Virus record (IMG/VR): IMGVR_UViG_3300028895_000276
Location: 1 to 60,657 of that record
DNA length: 60,657 bases
DNA from: a virus
Lineage: Duplodnaviria > Caudoviricetes
Strand: one strand, 5' to 3'
Shown here: piece after piece, positions 29,955-38,748 of the stretch
Layout: the number at the start of each line of letters is the position of its first letter
How positions within the stretch are numbered: the stretch's first letter is position 1
Translations under genes and position numbers: made by a program
Notes under the pieces: model-generated
The model's database searches: none
The model's input: only the letters and a program-made list of their open reading frames with translations
What the model was told of the DNA's origin: nothing

Positions 29955-30092
29955 AACACCCGTCCTACATGACCACGGTACTATATGACAGGTGTCATGT
30001 CTTGGCCGGAAATACTTGACAAAGAGGCCAAGGTGTGGTTTAATAGGGGTAGATCAGAGGACACCAGCCAGCAGACAGGGAGAGACGAGATG
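29950..30092 (+). repeat. Early promoter cassette copy 3
   Basis: ATGACAGGTGTCAT 29985, TTGACA 30016, TTTAAT 30039, ATG 30090. Confidence 0.93.
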
Positions 30093-30299
30093 ACAATCAA
30101 GCTAGTGAGGATCGGCAAGAGCAGCGGAATCGACTACAGGGTCACGACAGACGGCGAGTACTTCGGGTGGCAGGTTGACATGCCCAACGGCATCCGCGAG
30201 ATGCTGCCCATCTTCAAGTATCAGAGCGTGGCCCAGCACAGCGCGCAGCGCGTCGCACGCGAGGTCGCCACCGCCATCCGCACCGGGAAGGACTACTAG
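30090..30299 (+). CDS. Early hypothetical protein
   Basis: ATG at the end of cassette 3. Confidence 0.75.
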   Translation: MTIKLVRIGKSSGIDYRVTTDGEYFGWQVDMPNGIREMLPIFKYQSVAQHSAQRVAREVATAIRTGKDY

Positions 30300-30301
30300 A
30301 G

Positions 30302-30532
30302 ATGGCGAACACAGAGTGGATCGAGCGCGAGATCGACAAGGTGCTGCGCGAAATGGCCGAGATTAAGACCAAGCTATCCGAGGCCGAGGTACTGCTGCAA
30401 GCACGCGTCGCGGACGATGAAGACACCAGCCTGCTGGAGGACTACATCGACCGGCTGTTCGATGCAGAGTGGAAAGCCGGCACCCGACTGATGAATCTGA
30501 GATTCCGACTGGCAGACGCGCAACGCCCCTAG
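30302..30532 (+). CDS. Small acidic coiled-coil protein
   Basis: 76 aa, translationally coupled. Confidence 0.7.
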   Translation: MANTEWIEREIDKVLREMAEIKTKLSEAEVLLQARVADDEDTSLLEDYIDRLFDAEWKAGTRLMNLRFRLADAQRP

Positions 30533-30555
30533 ACACACACAAGGAGACAGACGAG

Positions 30556-30855
30556 ATGACAGACACCGACGCCACCATCAACACCCTGCAGGCAGCCTCA
30601 ACGCCGGCACGCCCGGACATCAGCCTGGAGACAGCCATCGAGATGAGCCGCTTCTATGCCAAGATGGGATTCGCCGTGCAAGAGCAGCTTGACAGCCTCA
30701 TCGAGATGGGTGTGGACGAAGCCTTCGAGTGTGGCCACATCAGCACCAGCGGACTGCAGGATATCATGGACTACCTGGCATCCCTTCGGACCATCTGCAG
30801 CGAGTCCGACTACCTGTTCGAGGAGGTGGAGACCTGGCTAGCCGAGAACGCCTGA
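30556..30855 (+). CDS. Small acidic early protein
   Basis: RBS AAGGAGACAGACGAG-ATG. Confidence 0.75.
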   Translation: MTDTDATINTLQAASTPARPDISLETAIEMSRFYAKMGFAVQEQLDSLIEMGVDEAFECGHISTSGLQDIMDYLASLRTICSESDYLFEEVETWLAENA

Positions 30856-30909
30856 TCTAGTTTAATCACACGACCGCCACCATTCAACCAGTCACAAGGA
30901 GACAGACCC

Positions 30910-31131
30910 GTGGGTGAGACATACGCCAGAACCATTCGTCAGAAGCGCCGAACACTGTTCTTCATCGTCTTCACCGTGTGCACGCTGCTGGGCATCGCAG
31001 CCTGGCACACCACCAACGCCATCGCTCAGGGAGTGAAGCCCGACGCCGCCATCATTCAAGGCGCCTTCGGTTTCCTGATCACGCTGATCATCACCACCCG
31101 CATCATGCGCGGATTCTGGAAGAGCCTATGA
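30910..31131 (+). CDS. Small two-TM membrane protein
   Basis: Two hydrophobic segments; RBS AAGGAG. Confidence 0.7.
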   Translation: MGETYARTIRQKRRTLFFIVFTVCTLLGIAAWHTTNAIAQGVKPDAAIIQGAFGFLITLIITTRIMRGFWKSL

Positions 31132-31499
31132 CAGACCACACTCGCGTGGTCAAGCGTGCGCCGTGCAAGGTGTGCGGAATGCCCACCATCAGCGCACTGG
31201 GGATCTGCCGAGCTTGTCAGCACACGTGCCCGAGGTGCGGTGGCCGTAAGGGTCGCCACAGCGAGGTCTGCGTCACCTGCAAGCACGAGGACGAGTTCGG
31301 CACCCGCCTGACCGCAGCCGGCACCGAGCGTCTACCTACGATGGTAGCCAAGAAGCCGTGCAGCGTCTGCGGCAAACCAACCGGAAGCCCTACCGGCACG
31401 TGCCTTAAGTGCCGCAAGATCTGCCCCACGTGCGGTGGCCCGAAGCACCACCGCTCTAAGGAATGCGCCACGTGCGCACTAACCCACCACCAGCAGTAG
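31128..31499 (+). CDS. Cys-rich tandem zinc-ribbon protein
   Basis: Eight CxxC pairs in two duplicated halves. Confidence 0.75.
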   Translation: MTDHTRVVKRAPCKVCGMPTISALGICRACQHTCPRCGGRKGRHSEVCVTCKHEDEFGTRLTAAGTERLPTMVAKKPCSVCGKPTGSPTGTCLKCRKICPTCGGPKHHRSKECATCALTHHQQ

Positions 31500-31527
31500 T
31501 ACCTATCACACAGGGAGACATACCACG

Positions 31528-32262
31528 ATGACTATCGCAACCGAGATTCGCCGCCGTCCTGGAGGAGAAGTCGCCAACCGCCCGCTGCACTTCATCTGGA
31601 TCGCAGACTGCTCAGGGTCGATGATGGGTTCGAAGATGTCCAGCTTGAACACCGCCATCCGCGAAGCCCTACCCCACATGGAGAAGGTCGCAGACGAGAA
31701 CCCCAACGCCGCTGTCCTGGTACGCGCCATCGCGTTTGCAGATATCGCCCGTTGGCACGTGTCCCAGCCGACGCCGCTGGACGAATTCAAGTGGGAGGAC
31801 CTCACGTACGGTGGTTTGACCGCTATGGGTGACGCCTTCGATCTGCTGGCCGGCGCACTCGATGTAGAGAGGATGGGTAGTCGCGCACTGCCGCCGGTGC
31901 TGGTCCTGCTCAGCGATGGCCAACCCAGCGACGAGTGGAAAGGCAGTCTCGAGCGGTTGCTGTGCGAGCCGTGGGCAGTCAAAGCCGTGCGCCTGGCTAT
32001 CGCCATCGGTGACGACGCCGACCACGCACCGCTGGAAGCGTTCATCGACAACCCCGAGATCAACGTGCTGCAAGCCAACAACCCAGAGACCCTGGTGCGC
32101 TACATCCGCTGGGTGAGCACCGCCGTGCTGCAATCAGCCAGCGCGCCGGCTGTCAGCGGTGATGACAAGGATGGTCCGACCACCACAGCCGGCGTAGCTA
32201 TGGCCAGCGTGCCTATCCCCACCGCAGCCGGCAGCCCTATCGACGCAGCGGATCCCTGGTAG
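31528..32262 (+). CDS. terY: TerY-like von Willebrand factor A domain protein
   Basis: RRPGGEVANRPLHFIWIADCSGSM (MIDAS DxSxS), GGLTAMG, LVLLSDGQPSD. Confidence 0.85.
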   Translation: MTIATEIRRRPGGEVANRPLHFIWIADCSGSMMGSKMSSLNTAIREALPHMEKVADENPNAAVLVRAIAFADIARWHVSQPTPLDEFKWEDLTYGGLTAMGDAFDLLAGALDVERMGSRALPPVLVLLSDGQPSDEWKGSLERLLCEPWAVKAVRLAIAIGDDADHAPLEAFIDNPEINVLQANNPETLVRYIRWVSTAVLQSASAPAVSGDDKDGPTTTAGVAMASVPIPTAAGSPIDAADPW

Positions 32263-32278
32263 TAGCCACGAGACGCCA

Positions 32279-32387
32279 CGGAAGGCATCTCCCTTGCACG
32301 GAAGCGCACGCATACCCACGAACACACCCTCGATGCGACGGAGAGCAAGGGAGATACCACGGAGAGCAACGGAGACACATTCGGATC
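32279..32387 (+). repeat. Dispersed intergenic hairpin element, copy C
   Basis: cggaaggcatctcccttgc ... gcaagggagatacc ... cattcggat. Confidence 0.85.
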
Positions 32388-32403
32388 CTAGAGGAGGACA
32401 CCC

Positions 32404-32625
32404 ATGAGCATAACCAGACTGTTGCTGAGCCTACTGGCTATATCGTCCATCGCTACCGGCGCCGTTCTGCTGCTTACGCTACCAGATGCCGACTGCAGCA
32501 GCGGTGATTGTCTGCCGGCGCCGACCATCGTAGAGAGGCAGGCTTTCTACGCGATAGTCTGCATGGCGGTGGCGCAGGTACTGCTACTGATATGCAGCAT
32601 CCTGAGAGGACAAGAGCCACGATGA
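32404..32625 (+). CDS. Small membrane protein
   Basis: Two TM segments; RBS GAGGAGG. Confidence 0.65.
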   Translation: MSITRLLLSLLAISSIATGAVLLLTLPDADCSSGDCLPAPTIVERQAFYAIVCMAVAQVLLLICSILRGQEPR

Positions 32626-32795
32626 CCGAACCCAACGGGCGTATCGTCTGGAGGTGGCCAATCTTCCGCACCCTATGCATAAACGACCACTGCGTGTGGG
32701 GCATCCCAGTACGTGTGGTGCAGCATCGCCGCTGGTCATATACCCACGGACGTCGCGTGTGGGTAACCGTACGATTCTACAGATCGAGGTGGTAG
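32622..32795 (+). CDS. Small basic hypothetical protein
   Basis: ATGA overlap with the upstream gene. Confidence 0.5.
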   Translation: MTEPNGRIVWRWPIFRTLCINDHCVWGIPVRVVQHRRWSYTHGRRVWVTVRFYRSRW

Positions 32796-32797
32796 AG

Positions 32798-32989
32798 ATG
32801 AATACAGACTACGACAACATGAGTGATGAGCAGTTCCTAGCAGCCGCCGTGAACTCCGAGGATCGCACCGCGTTTCTGGAAGCCCTCACCCCGGAGCAGC
32901 TTGATCGGATGACGGCGCTGATCGCCAAGAGATTCGCGAGTTTCAACAAGCTGGTATCCGCTATCGTGGCGCCGCTACTGGAAGAGTGA
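32798..32989 (+). CDS. Small hypothetical protein
   Basis: RBS GAGGTGG; coupled to the downstream gene. Confidence 0.6.
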   Translation: MNTDYDNMSDEQFLAAAVNSEDRTAFLEALTPEQLDRMTALIAKRFASFNKLVSAIVAPLLEE

Positions 32990-33870
32990 TGGCACGCATC
33001 CAGTACGAGACACACAAGTTCAAGCAGAGCACCCTAGCTACCATCGCACAGGCTAACAGCATTATCACAGAGTACCACCAGCAAGACCTCACCCTGACCC
33101 TACGGCAACTCTACTACCAGCTAGTGGCGCGTGGTCTGCTGGACAACAAGCAGAAGGAGTATAAGCGCCTGAGCGCCGTACTGGTCAAGGCACGCCGTGC
33201 CGGTCTGGTTGACTGGAACGCCATCGTAGACCGCACACGTGCTACGTACTCGCGCACGCGATGGGACAACCCGGCACAGATCCTGGTCGCCGCCGTGGAC
33301 AGCTACCACGAGGACTGGTGGACACAGCAGCCCTACCGTGTCGAGGTATGGATAGAGAAGGACGCGCTAGCCGGCGTCATTGCGCAGCCGTGCCACGACT
33401 ACGACGCCCCCTACTTCCCTTGTCGAGGATACGCGAGCGACAGCGAGATGTGGGTATCAGCGCAGCGTCTGCTGCGGCATCAGAAAGCTGGGCAGATGCC
33501 TATCATCCTGCACATGGGTGACCACGATCCTAGCGGCATCGACATGACACGCGACATCGAAGAGCGGCTGTGGATGTTCGGCGTCAAAGCTGATGTGAAG
33601 CGCATCGCCCTCAACATGGACCAGGTTCGACAGTACAACCCGCCACCCAACCCAGCCAAGGTATCTGATAGCCGCTATGCTACCTACGTCAGACATTACG
33701 GACATCAGAGCTGGGAGCTGGACGCCCTCGACCCGGCAACGCTGCGGACACTAATCGAGCAGGAGATATCCAGCTACGTCGAAGGCGACAGGTGGGTCGA
33801 TGCCAAGGAGCACGAAGAGAGCAACCGAGACCTCATTCGCCAAGCAGCCATCGACATACAGGAGGAGTAA
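32986..33870 (+). CDS. Topoisomerase VI-A/Spo11-like TOPRIM protein
   Basis: LTLRQLYYQL, EVWIEKDAL, GDHDPSGIDM, WELDALDP motifs. Confidence 0.8.
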   Translation: MMARIQYETHKFKQSTLATIAQANSIITEYHQQDLTLTLRQLYYQLVARGLLDNKQKEYKRLSAVLVKARRAGLVDWNAIVDRTRATYSRTRWDNPAQILVAAVDSYHEDWWTQQPYRVEVWIEKDALAGVIAQPCHDYDAPYFPCRGYASDSEMWVSAQRLLRHQKAGQMPIILHMGDHDPSGIDMTRDIEERLWMFGVKADVKRIALNMDQVRQYNPPPNPAKVSDSRYATYVRHYGHQSWELDALDPATLRTLIEQEISSYVEGDRWVDAKEHEESNRDLIRQAAIDIQEE

Positions 33871-33872
33871 CC

Positions 33873-34031
33873 ATGGATTGCCTACCTACGCCCACGCCAG
33901 ATATGACTAGCGTCCTGGTAACCAAATTCGCCGGCAACGAAGACCTGCTGTTCTGGATACTGATGTCGTTCCTGATCATACTCATTCTGGTGGCACTGTC
34001 CGGACAACCTAACATTGCTAAGAGGTGGTAG
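33873..34031 (+). CDS. Small single-TM protein
   Basis: RBS GGAGGAG; hydrophobic segment. Confidence 0.55.
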   Translation: MDCLPTPTPDMTSVLVTKFAGNEDLLFWILMSFLIILILVALSGQPNIAKRW

Positions 34032-34181
34032 AACGCCTGTCCTACAGTACCGAGGTCATGTATGCCGACAACATGACAGGTGTCATGTCTTGCCCGGAAA
34101 TACTTGACAAAGAGGCCAAGGTGTGGTTTAATAGGGGTAGATCAGAGGACACCAGCCAGCAGACAGGAGACAGACGAGATG
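34029..34181 (+). repeat. Early promoter cassette copy 4
   Basis: ATGACAGGTGTCAT 34073, TTGACA 34104, TTTAAT 34127, ATG 34179. Confidence 0.93.
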
Positions 34182-34652
34182 ACAGAGCAGAACGAGAGCA
34201 AGGTCGAGTACCACGTAGTGATCGAGGATGCGAAGGGTCACACAGACGGCATCGCCCACTTCATCTACAGCGACTGGGGATCAGCCAGCACCAAGGCGCA
34301 GCAGATGACAGCCTACCACCGCCAGACATACGCGGTACACGCGGTCCTGTTCAGCCCGCGCTACAACTTCCCGCAGCGGATCGGCAAGGTGAGCAAGCCC
34401 TACAACCCGCCCATGATCGCGAACAACCGCCCCAACGACCGCACGCTCAAGGCGATGGTAGTGAAGATCCTGCAGCAAGCTCTGATCGACGATGCAGTCA
34501 CGGTCGAGGACATCTACAACATCGGCGCCGAGCTTGATGACGACTACGACGCCGCAGTGGTCGAGGTGCAGGATTTGGCCGACCTACACGTGGCCGGCAG
34601 CGACAAGCTCAGCCAGATGGTCGAAGCTTACTGGACAGCCAGCGTCGAGTGA
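34179..34652 (+). CDS. Early hypothetical protein
   Basis: ATG at the end of cassette 4. Confidence 0.78.
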   Translation: MTEQNESKVEYHVVIEDAKGHTDGIAHFIYSDWGSASTKAQQMTAYHRQTYAVHAVLFSPRYNFPQRIGKVSKPYNPPMIANNRPNDRTLKAMVVKILQQALIDDAVTVEDIYNIGAELDDDYDAAVVEVQDLADLHVAGSDKLSQMVEAYWTASVE

Positions 34653-34660
34653 AGCACCGC

Positions 34661-34726
34661 ATGACAGATGTCATGTCCAAGGCATGACATCTGTCACTAC
34701 CGCCCCACCGCCCGATGTGGTTTAAT
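34661..34726 (+). promoter_or_regulatory. Double-operator promoter lacking TTGACA
   Basis: ATGACAGATGTCAT 34661 and ATGACATCTGTCAC 34684; TGTGG-TTTAAT 34721. Confidence 0.8.
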
Positions 34727-34774
34727 TGGGATATAGCAGACACACACAGACCAGACGACCAACGAGGAGACGAG

Positions 34775-35212
34775 ATGAGCTACGGATACCAGACTGTCGA
34801 GATGCAGAGATTCTCCAAGTACCACGTGAAGCTGTTCCGGTTCGGGTACGTGATCGCCACGTGCAAGGACATGCCCGAAGCCAAGGTGGCCCGCCGCATT
34901 CACCGCCGGCTGCTGAAGGGTCTCAAGACCAACCACGAGTTCGACCCCCGCGAGGCATTCACCGGTGAGCGTGTCCGCGAGAGCGTAGCGTTCGAGATCC
35001 TGCACACCCTGCTGGATGACGGCATCGCCGCAGTGATGGCCGACCTCGACATCGTGACTGAGGACCACCACGAACGCGCCGTCGAGATCCTGAGCGAGTG
35101 CAAGATCACGGACGACAGCGTGATGGCAGTCACCGGCAAGCTGTCCGCAGAACTCGCCATCGGGATGCTGCAGGCATACTCGTACGTTGAAGGATTCTCC
35201 CGGACCGCGTAA
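34775..35212 (+). CDS. Hypothetical protein
   Basis: RBS GAGGAGACGAG-ATG. Confidence 0.75.
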   Translation: MSYGYQTVEMQRFSKYHVKLFRFGYVIATCKDMPEAKVARRIHRRLLKGLKTNHEFDPREAFTGERVRESVAFEILHTLLDDGIAAVMADLDIVTEDHHERAVEILSECKITDDSVMAVTGKLSAELAIGMLQAYSYVEGFSRTA

Positions 35213-35250
35213 TCAGACGACCACAGACCAGACGACAGGAGACAGATCAG

Positions 35251-36711
35251 ATGACCACACAAGCAGTCAGCATCGACCAATTCCTCGAAGAAGGCGTCCT
35301 GATCAGGGTATCGGTATTCGGTACCACGATGTTCAAAGAGCGCATCGGGTGGGCACAGTTGGGGGTAGACCCCAGTGACGTGGACAACCGCCGCGTGAAA
35401 CAGGCCCATCACATCCTCAGCCCCGAAGCCCACTCCATGCTGCACGTGTGGTCTGGCAAGATGCGTGGACTCGTCCGCGAGTACAGCGTGGACACCAGCG
35501 CCGTGGATGCTCTGATGGGTGGTCACTGGCACTGGGTGGCCAACGCATCACTGCCCGACTTTCAGGACGCGTGGGATCGACTGATGCTCAAGCGCGACGA
35601 CATCGTCATGCACATCATCACCCACCTGGACGAGTACCGCGAGGAAGCCCGCGACTACTGGCGCGAACAGGCAGCCGGCGCATGGGCAGCCATCCGATCA
35701 CGCATCGGTGGCGCCGCGTTCGCAGTCGAAGGACGCATCTTCGATGCCACCGAACAGCCCGAATTCATCCAGTACTGCGTGGACGCAGCCATCGCCCGAT
35801 TCCCCACCGAAGACAAGATCCGCAACGAGATTCACGCCGGTTATACCACCTTCGAGCCGTTCAGCAACGTCCAACGCGCCGAAGCCCGCGAGCAGGTAGC
35901 CCGCGCCGACCAGGCACAGAGCGAAGCCGCCATCAGCAGGATGCGCGCCGAGGATCTCGCGTTCACCAAGCAGACACGCCGGCAAGCCATCCGTCAGGCA
36001 CAGATAACCCGCGCACAGGCTCTGGTGTCCGCAGTTAAGGATCCGGTGCAGGAGTCGCTAGAGAAGGCACTCGCCACGGTGGCCGACGAGGTGCAGAACA
36101 TTACCGACAGCTACCAGCGCAACGGGTACCTGAACTGGACCCTGGTCGAGAAGGCCAAGAAGCTACGCAAGCTCTGGAGTATCCTAGGTGGCGATATGGC
36201 CGACCAGGATCGCATCAAGACCCTGCTGATCGACCTCGAACGCTTCATCGACGCATGCCCGGACCGCAAGTACTCGAAGGACGACGCACGCACTATCCTG
36301 GCCGCACTCGGTAGCATCGGCAGCGCCGTCGAGAAAGAAGCCGCCGATATCGCAGCCGGCATCCACAAGGCAGAGAAGGCAGCCGCCAGCGTACCGGACA
36401 ACGCCGACGAGATCCTGGCAGCCCTGATCACCGCAGTCACCAAAGCACCCGGCATCGAAGCCCACCACCGCCGGCTGAGGAACTGGATGAACGACCTCTC
36501 GCCGGACACCCAGCGCGCCAACAACCTGCTGGAGTTGTCAGTGCTGGAGCGCATCCCTGCAGACCTCGAGCGGTACCGCAAGACCTCGACGTTCCCCAAG
36601 ATGCTCTTCGTGAAGCAACTGGCCACCCGCATGGTAGCCAGCTACAGCATCGAGCCGGCAGTAGCCGAGTGGGTGGTCACCTGCTGGGACAAGGTTCTGG
36701 ACCAGCGCTAG
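35251..36711 (+). CDS. Large helical hypothetical protein
   Basis: 486 aa, strong coding bias, RBS AGGAG. Confidence 0.85.
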   Translation: MTTQAVSIDQFLEEGVLIRVSVFGTTMFKERIGWAQLGVDPSDVDNRRVKQAHHILSPEAHSMLHVWSGKMRGLVREYSVDTSAVDALMGGHWHWVANASLPDFQDAWDRLMLKRDDIVMHIITHLDEYREEARDYWREQAAGAWAAIRSRIGGAAFAVEGRIFDATEQPEFIQYCVDAAIARFPTEDKIRNEIHAGYTTFEPFSNVQRAEAREQVARADQAQSEAAISRMRAEDLAFTKQTRRQAIRQAQITRAQALVSAVKDPVQESLEKALATVADEVQNITDSYQRNGYLNWTLVEKAKKLRKLWSILGGDMADQDRIKTLLIDLERFIDACPDRKYSKDDARTILAALGSIGSAVEKEAADIAAGIHKAEKAAASVPDNADEILAALITAVTKAPGIEAHHRRLRNWMNDLSPDTQRANNLLELSVLERIPADLERYRKTSTFPKMLFVKQLATRMVASYSIEPAVAEWVVTCWDKVLDQR

Positions 36712-36716
36712 CACGC

Positions 36717-36782
36717 ATGACGGGTGTCATCCGCACAGGGTGACACCCGTCACTAGCATTCATACGCAAGATGTGGTTTACT
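36717..36782 (+). promoter_or_regulatory. Double-operator promoter lacking TTGACA
   Basis: ATGACGGGTGTCAT 36717 and GTGACACCCGTCAC 36740; TGTGG-TTTACT 36777. Confidence 0.75.
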
Positions 36783-36819
36783 GGAAAGACAGCCAACACC
36801 AACAGCAAAGGAGACCTAC

Positions 36820-37149
36820 ATGGCGTCAAAGATCACTATCACACGGATCGACTTCGTGACCACCGAAGAGATGGTGGTCGTGAACAAGGTCTACGAGGGC
36901 GTGTTGCGAGGTAATCGCGACATCGTCGTCGACACCAAGCAGCATCCCATAGCGAAGTTCGAAGGTATGCTGGACTGGTGTGAGAAGAACGGGTGGATCG
37001 TGCGCCGGTTCGAGCCGCGAGGTGCACGAGCGTGGAAGGGAAGCGAGCCACGCCCGGTGCGCACCAAGAAGGCTATCAAGAAGCTAGCGATGCGCCTGCA
37101 ACGAGATGGATTCGACAGCAACCGCTTCGACCTCAGGTATGATATGTGA
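36820..37149 (+). CDS. Basic hypothetical protein
   Basis: RBS AAAGGAG. Confidence 0.75.
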   Translation: MASKITITRIDFVTTEEMVVVNKVYEGVLRGNRDIVVDTKQHPIAKFEGMLDWCEKNGWIVRRFEPRGARAWKGSEPRPVRTKKAIKKLAMRLQRDGFDSNRFDLRYDM

Positions 37150-37166
37150 AGCAGGAGACAGACGAG

Positions 37167-37934
37167 ATGAACCTCACAGACAAGCAGACCATCCAGCGAG
37201 TGCTGAAGGCACTAGGCGTCAAGGCCGAGACCATCAAGAGCGACCTCGACGTCGATCGCCTAAGCGAGTACGACGGATCTATCGAGGATGCCGTGCTTAT
37301 CCTCATCCACAACGCGGCAATCAGGCTGCAAGCCGACGTGCCCGAGAGCATCAAGACCCGCGCCACAGTCAGCAGCAACGTGCTAGGGTTCAATATCGAG
37401 GTCACCGGTAACAGCGTCATCGACATCAAGGACGGGTACTACACAGCCATTCGCGCTATCACGGATCTGCGGCAGGAAGGTTTCCACGAGTTGGCCATGC
37501 GCGACGGCACGCGGGCACAACCCACGTACAGCGCAGAGCCGCCACCTATGCCCGAGGACAACCCGCCGCCACCAGCCGGCAGCCCACCACCCGCAGCCGG
37601 CAGCCAGCCTACAGGCAGCCCACCACCAGCCGGCAACGGCAACCCACCGATCCAAGGACCCACCGACATCAAGCGAGGTGTAGCTCAACTGCACGAGATC
37701 GGCGTCGATTCCGATGGTAAGGTCAAGTTCAAGGTGGGTGGGTTCAAGTGGCCGTTCCAGGAGGGACGTGGCGCCGAGATGGCAGCGTCGCTGTTCGACA
37801 CCGATCTTGGCTGGAACGCTAATCACTTCAAGCCTGGCGCCCACTACGGACCCGAGATCTGTGGCCCGCTGCACGTAGAGTGGGAGAAGCCTGGCAAGTA
37901 CTACAACGTGATACGCGTCTTCAAGCAGATCTGA
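37167..37934 (+). CDS. Hypothetical protein with a Pro-rich linker
   Basis: PPPAGS repeats join two domains; upstream of ssb. Confidence 0.75.
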   Translation: MNLTDKQTIQRVLKALGVKAETIKSDLDVDRLSEYDGSIEDAVLILIHNAAIRLQADVPESIKTRATVSSNVLGFNIEVTGNSVIDIKDGYYTAIRAITDLRQEGFHELAMRDGTRAQPTYSAEPPPMPEDNPPPPAGSPPPAAGSQPTGSPPPAGNGNPPIQGPTDIKRGVAQLHEIGVDSDGKVKFKVGGFKWPFQEGRGAEMAASLFDTDLGWNANHFKPGAHYGPEICGPLHVEWEKPGKYYNVIRVFKQI

Positions 37935-37941
37935 CGCACTA

Positions 37942-38050
37942 GAAGGTACTCTCCTTGCACAGGACGGCACCAACAGGCCCTAACACACCCTCGATGCGAC
38001 GGAGAGCAAGGGAGATACCACGGAGAGCAACGGAGACCCATTCGGATTCA
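37942..38050 (+). repeat. Dispersed intergenic hairpin element, copy D
   Basis: gaaggtactctccttgcacaggacggc...; 37982-38037 identical to 32321-32376. Confidence 0.88.
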
Positions 38051-38073
38051 GAACTACCCTACAGGAGAGAGCG

Positions 38074-38514
38074 ATGCACGAGAGATGGCAGATTATCGGC
38101 AACCTTGGCGGAGACCCCGAGATGCGCTACACTGCAGACGGCACACCCGTCACCAACGTTAGCATAGCAGTGACACGACGCTGGAACGACCGCAACAGCG
38201 GCAACCGCCGCGAGCATACCACCTGGTACCGGGTGGCCGCGTGGAGCCGCAACGCTGAAGTGCTGGCCGAATACACGCACAAGGGAAGCCGCGTCTTCAT
38301 CGAAGGCGTGCCGGCAACCGACGAAAACGGCAACCCGCGCATCTGGACCGGGCAGGACGGGCAAGCACGCGCTAGCTATGAACTGACCGCGCAGAAGATC
38401 GTCCTGCTGGGTGACAGCGGTGGACAGCGCGACGCCGGCAACCAGCGGCAGGGTACCAGTCGCTATGCGGCACCAACCTCTGTGGCCGATAACGACGACG
38501 CCATCCCATTCTGA
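38074..38514 (+). CDS. ssb: Single-stranded DNA-binding protein
   Basis: IIGNLGGDPEMRYT, TTWYRVAAW, KGSRVFIEG, acidic tail DDAIPF. Confidence 0.95.
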   Translation: MHERWQIIGNLGGDPEMRYTADGTPVTNVSIAVTRRWNDRNSGNRREHTTWYRVAAWSRNAEVLAEYTHKGSRVFIEGVPATDENGNPRIWTGQDGQARASYELTAQKIVLLGDSGGQRDAGNQRQGTSRYAAPTSVADNDDAIPF

Positions 38515-38526
38515 GGAGGAGCAGCG

Positions 38527-38748
38527 ATGCGTAAACACACACGAACGGCAAAGCTAGTCGGAGTAGCCGTCATCGCGGCAGTCTTCCAAGGCATCATTAT
38601 CGGACAGAACCACGGGTGGCTTGCACAGGCCATGCTTATCGCGTGGGTGCTGGTATCGGTGATAGCTATCGACCTCAAGGACCGCCGCGATGCTGAGCTG
38701 GCCGAGTACGTGTACGACAGAGAGGACGAAGACGATGACACCGGTTAA
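38527..38748 (+). CDS. Small two-TM membrane protein
   Basis: Hydrophobic segments, acidic tail. Confidence 0.65.
   Translation: MRKHTRTAKLVGVAVIAAVFQGIIIGQNHGWLAQAMLIAWVLVSVIAIDLKDRRDAELAEYVYDREDEDDDTG

Noticed and set aside
27365-34181. CRISPR array or integron
   Set aside because: Repeats are about 150 bp, contain promoters and are separated by 0.8-4 kb of genes; no cas or integrase gene is recognisable.
27412-34537. Protein family starting MT.VMS..EILDKEAKVWFN
   Set aside because: This is the ORF track translating the promoter repeat; true starts follow the RBS at the end of each repeat.
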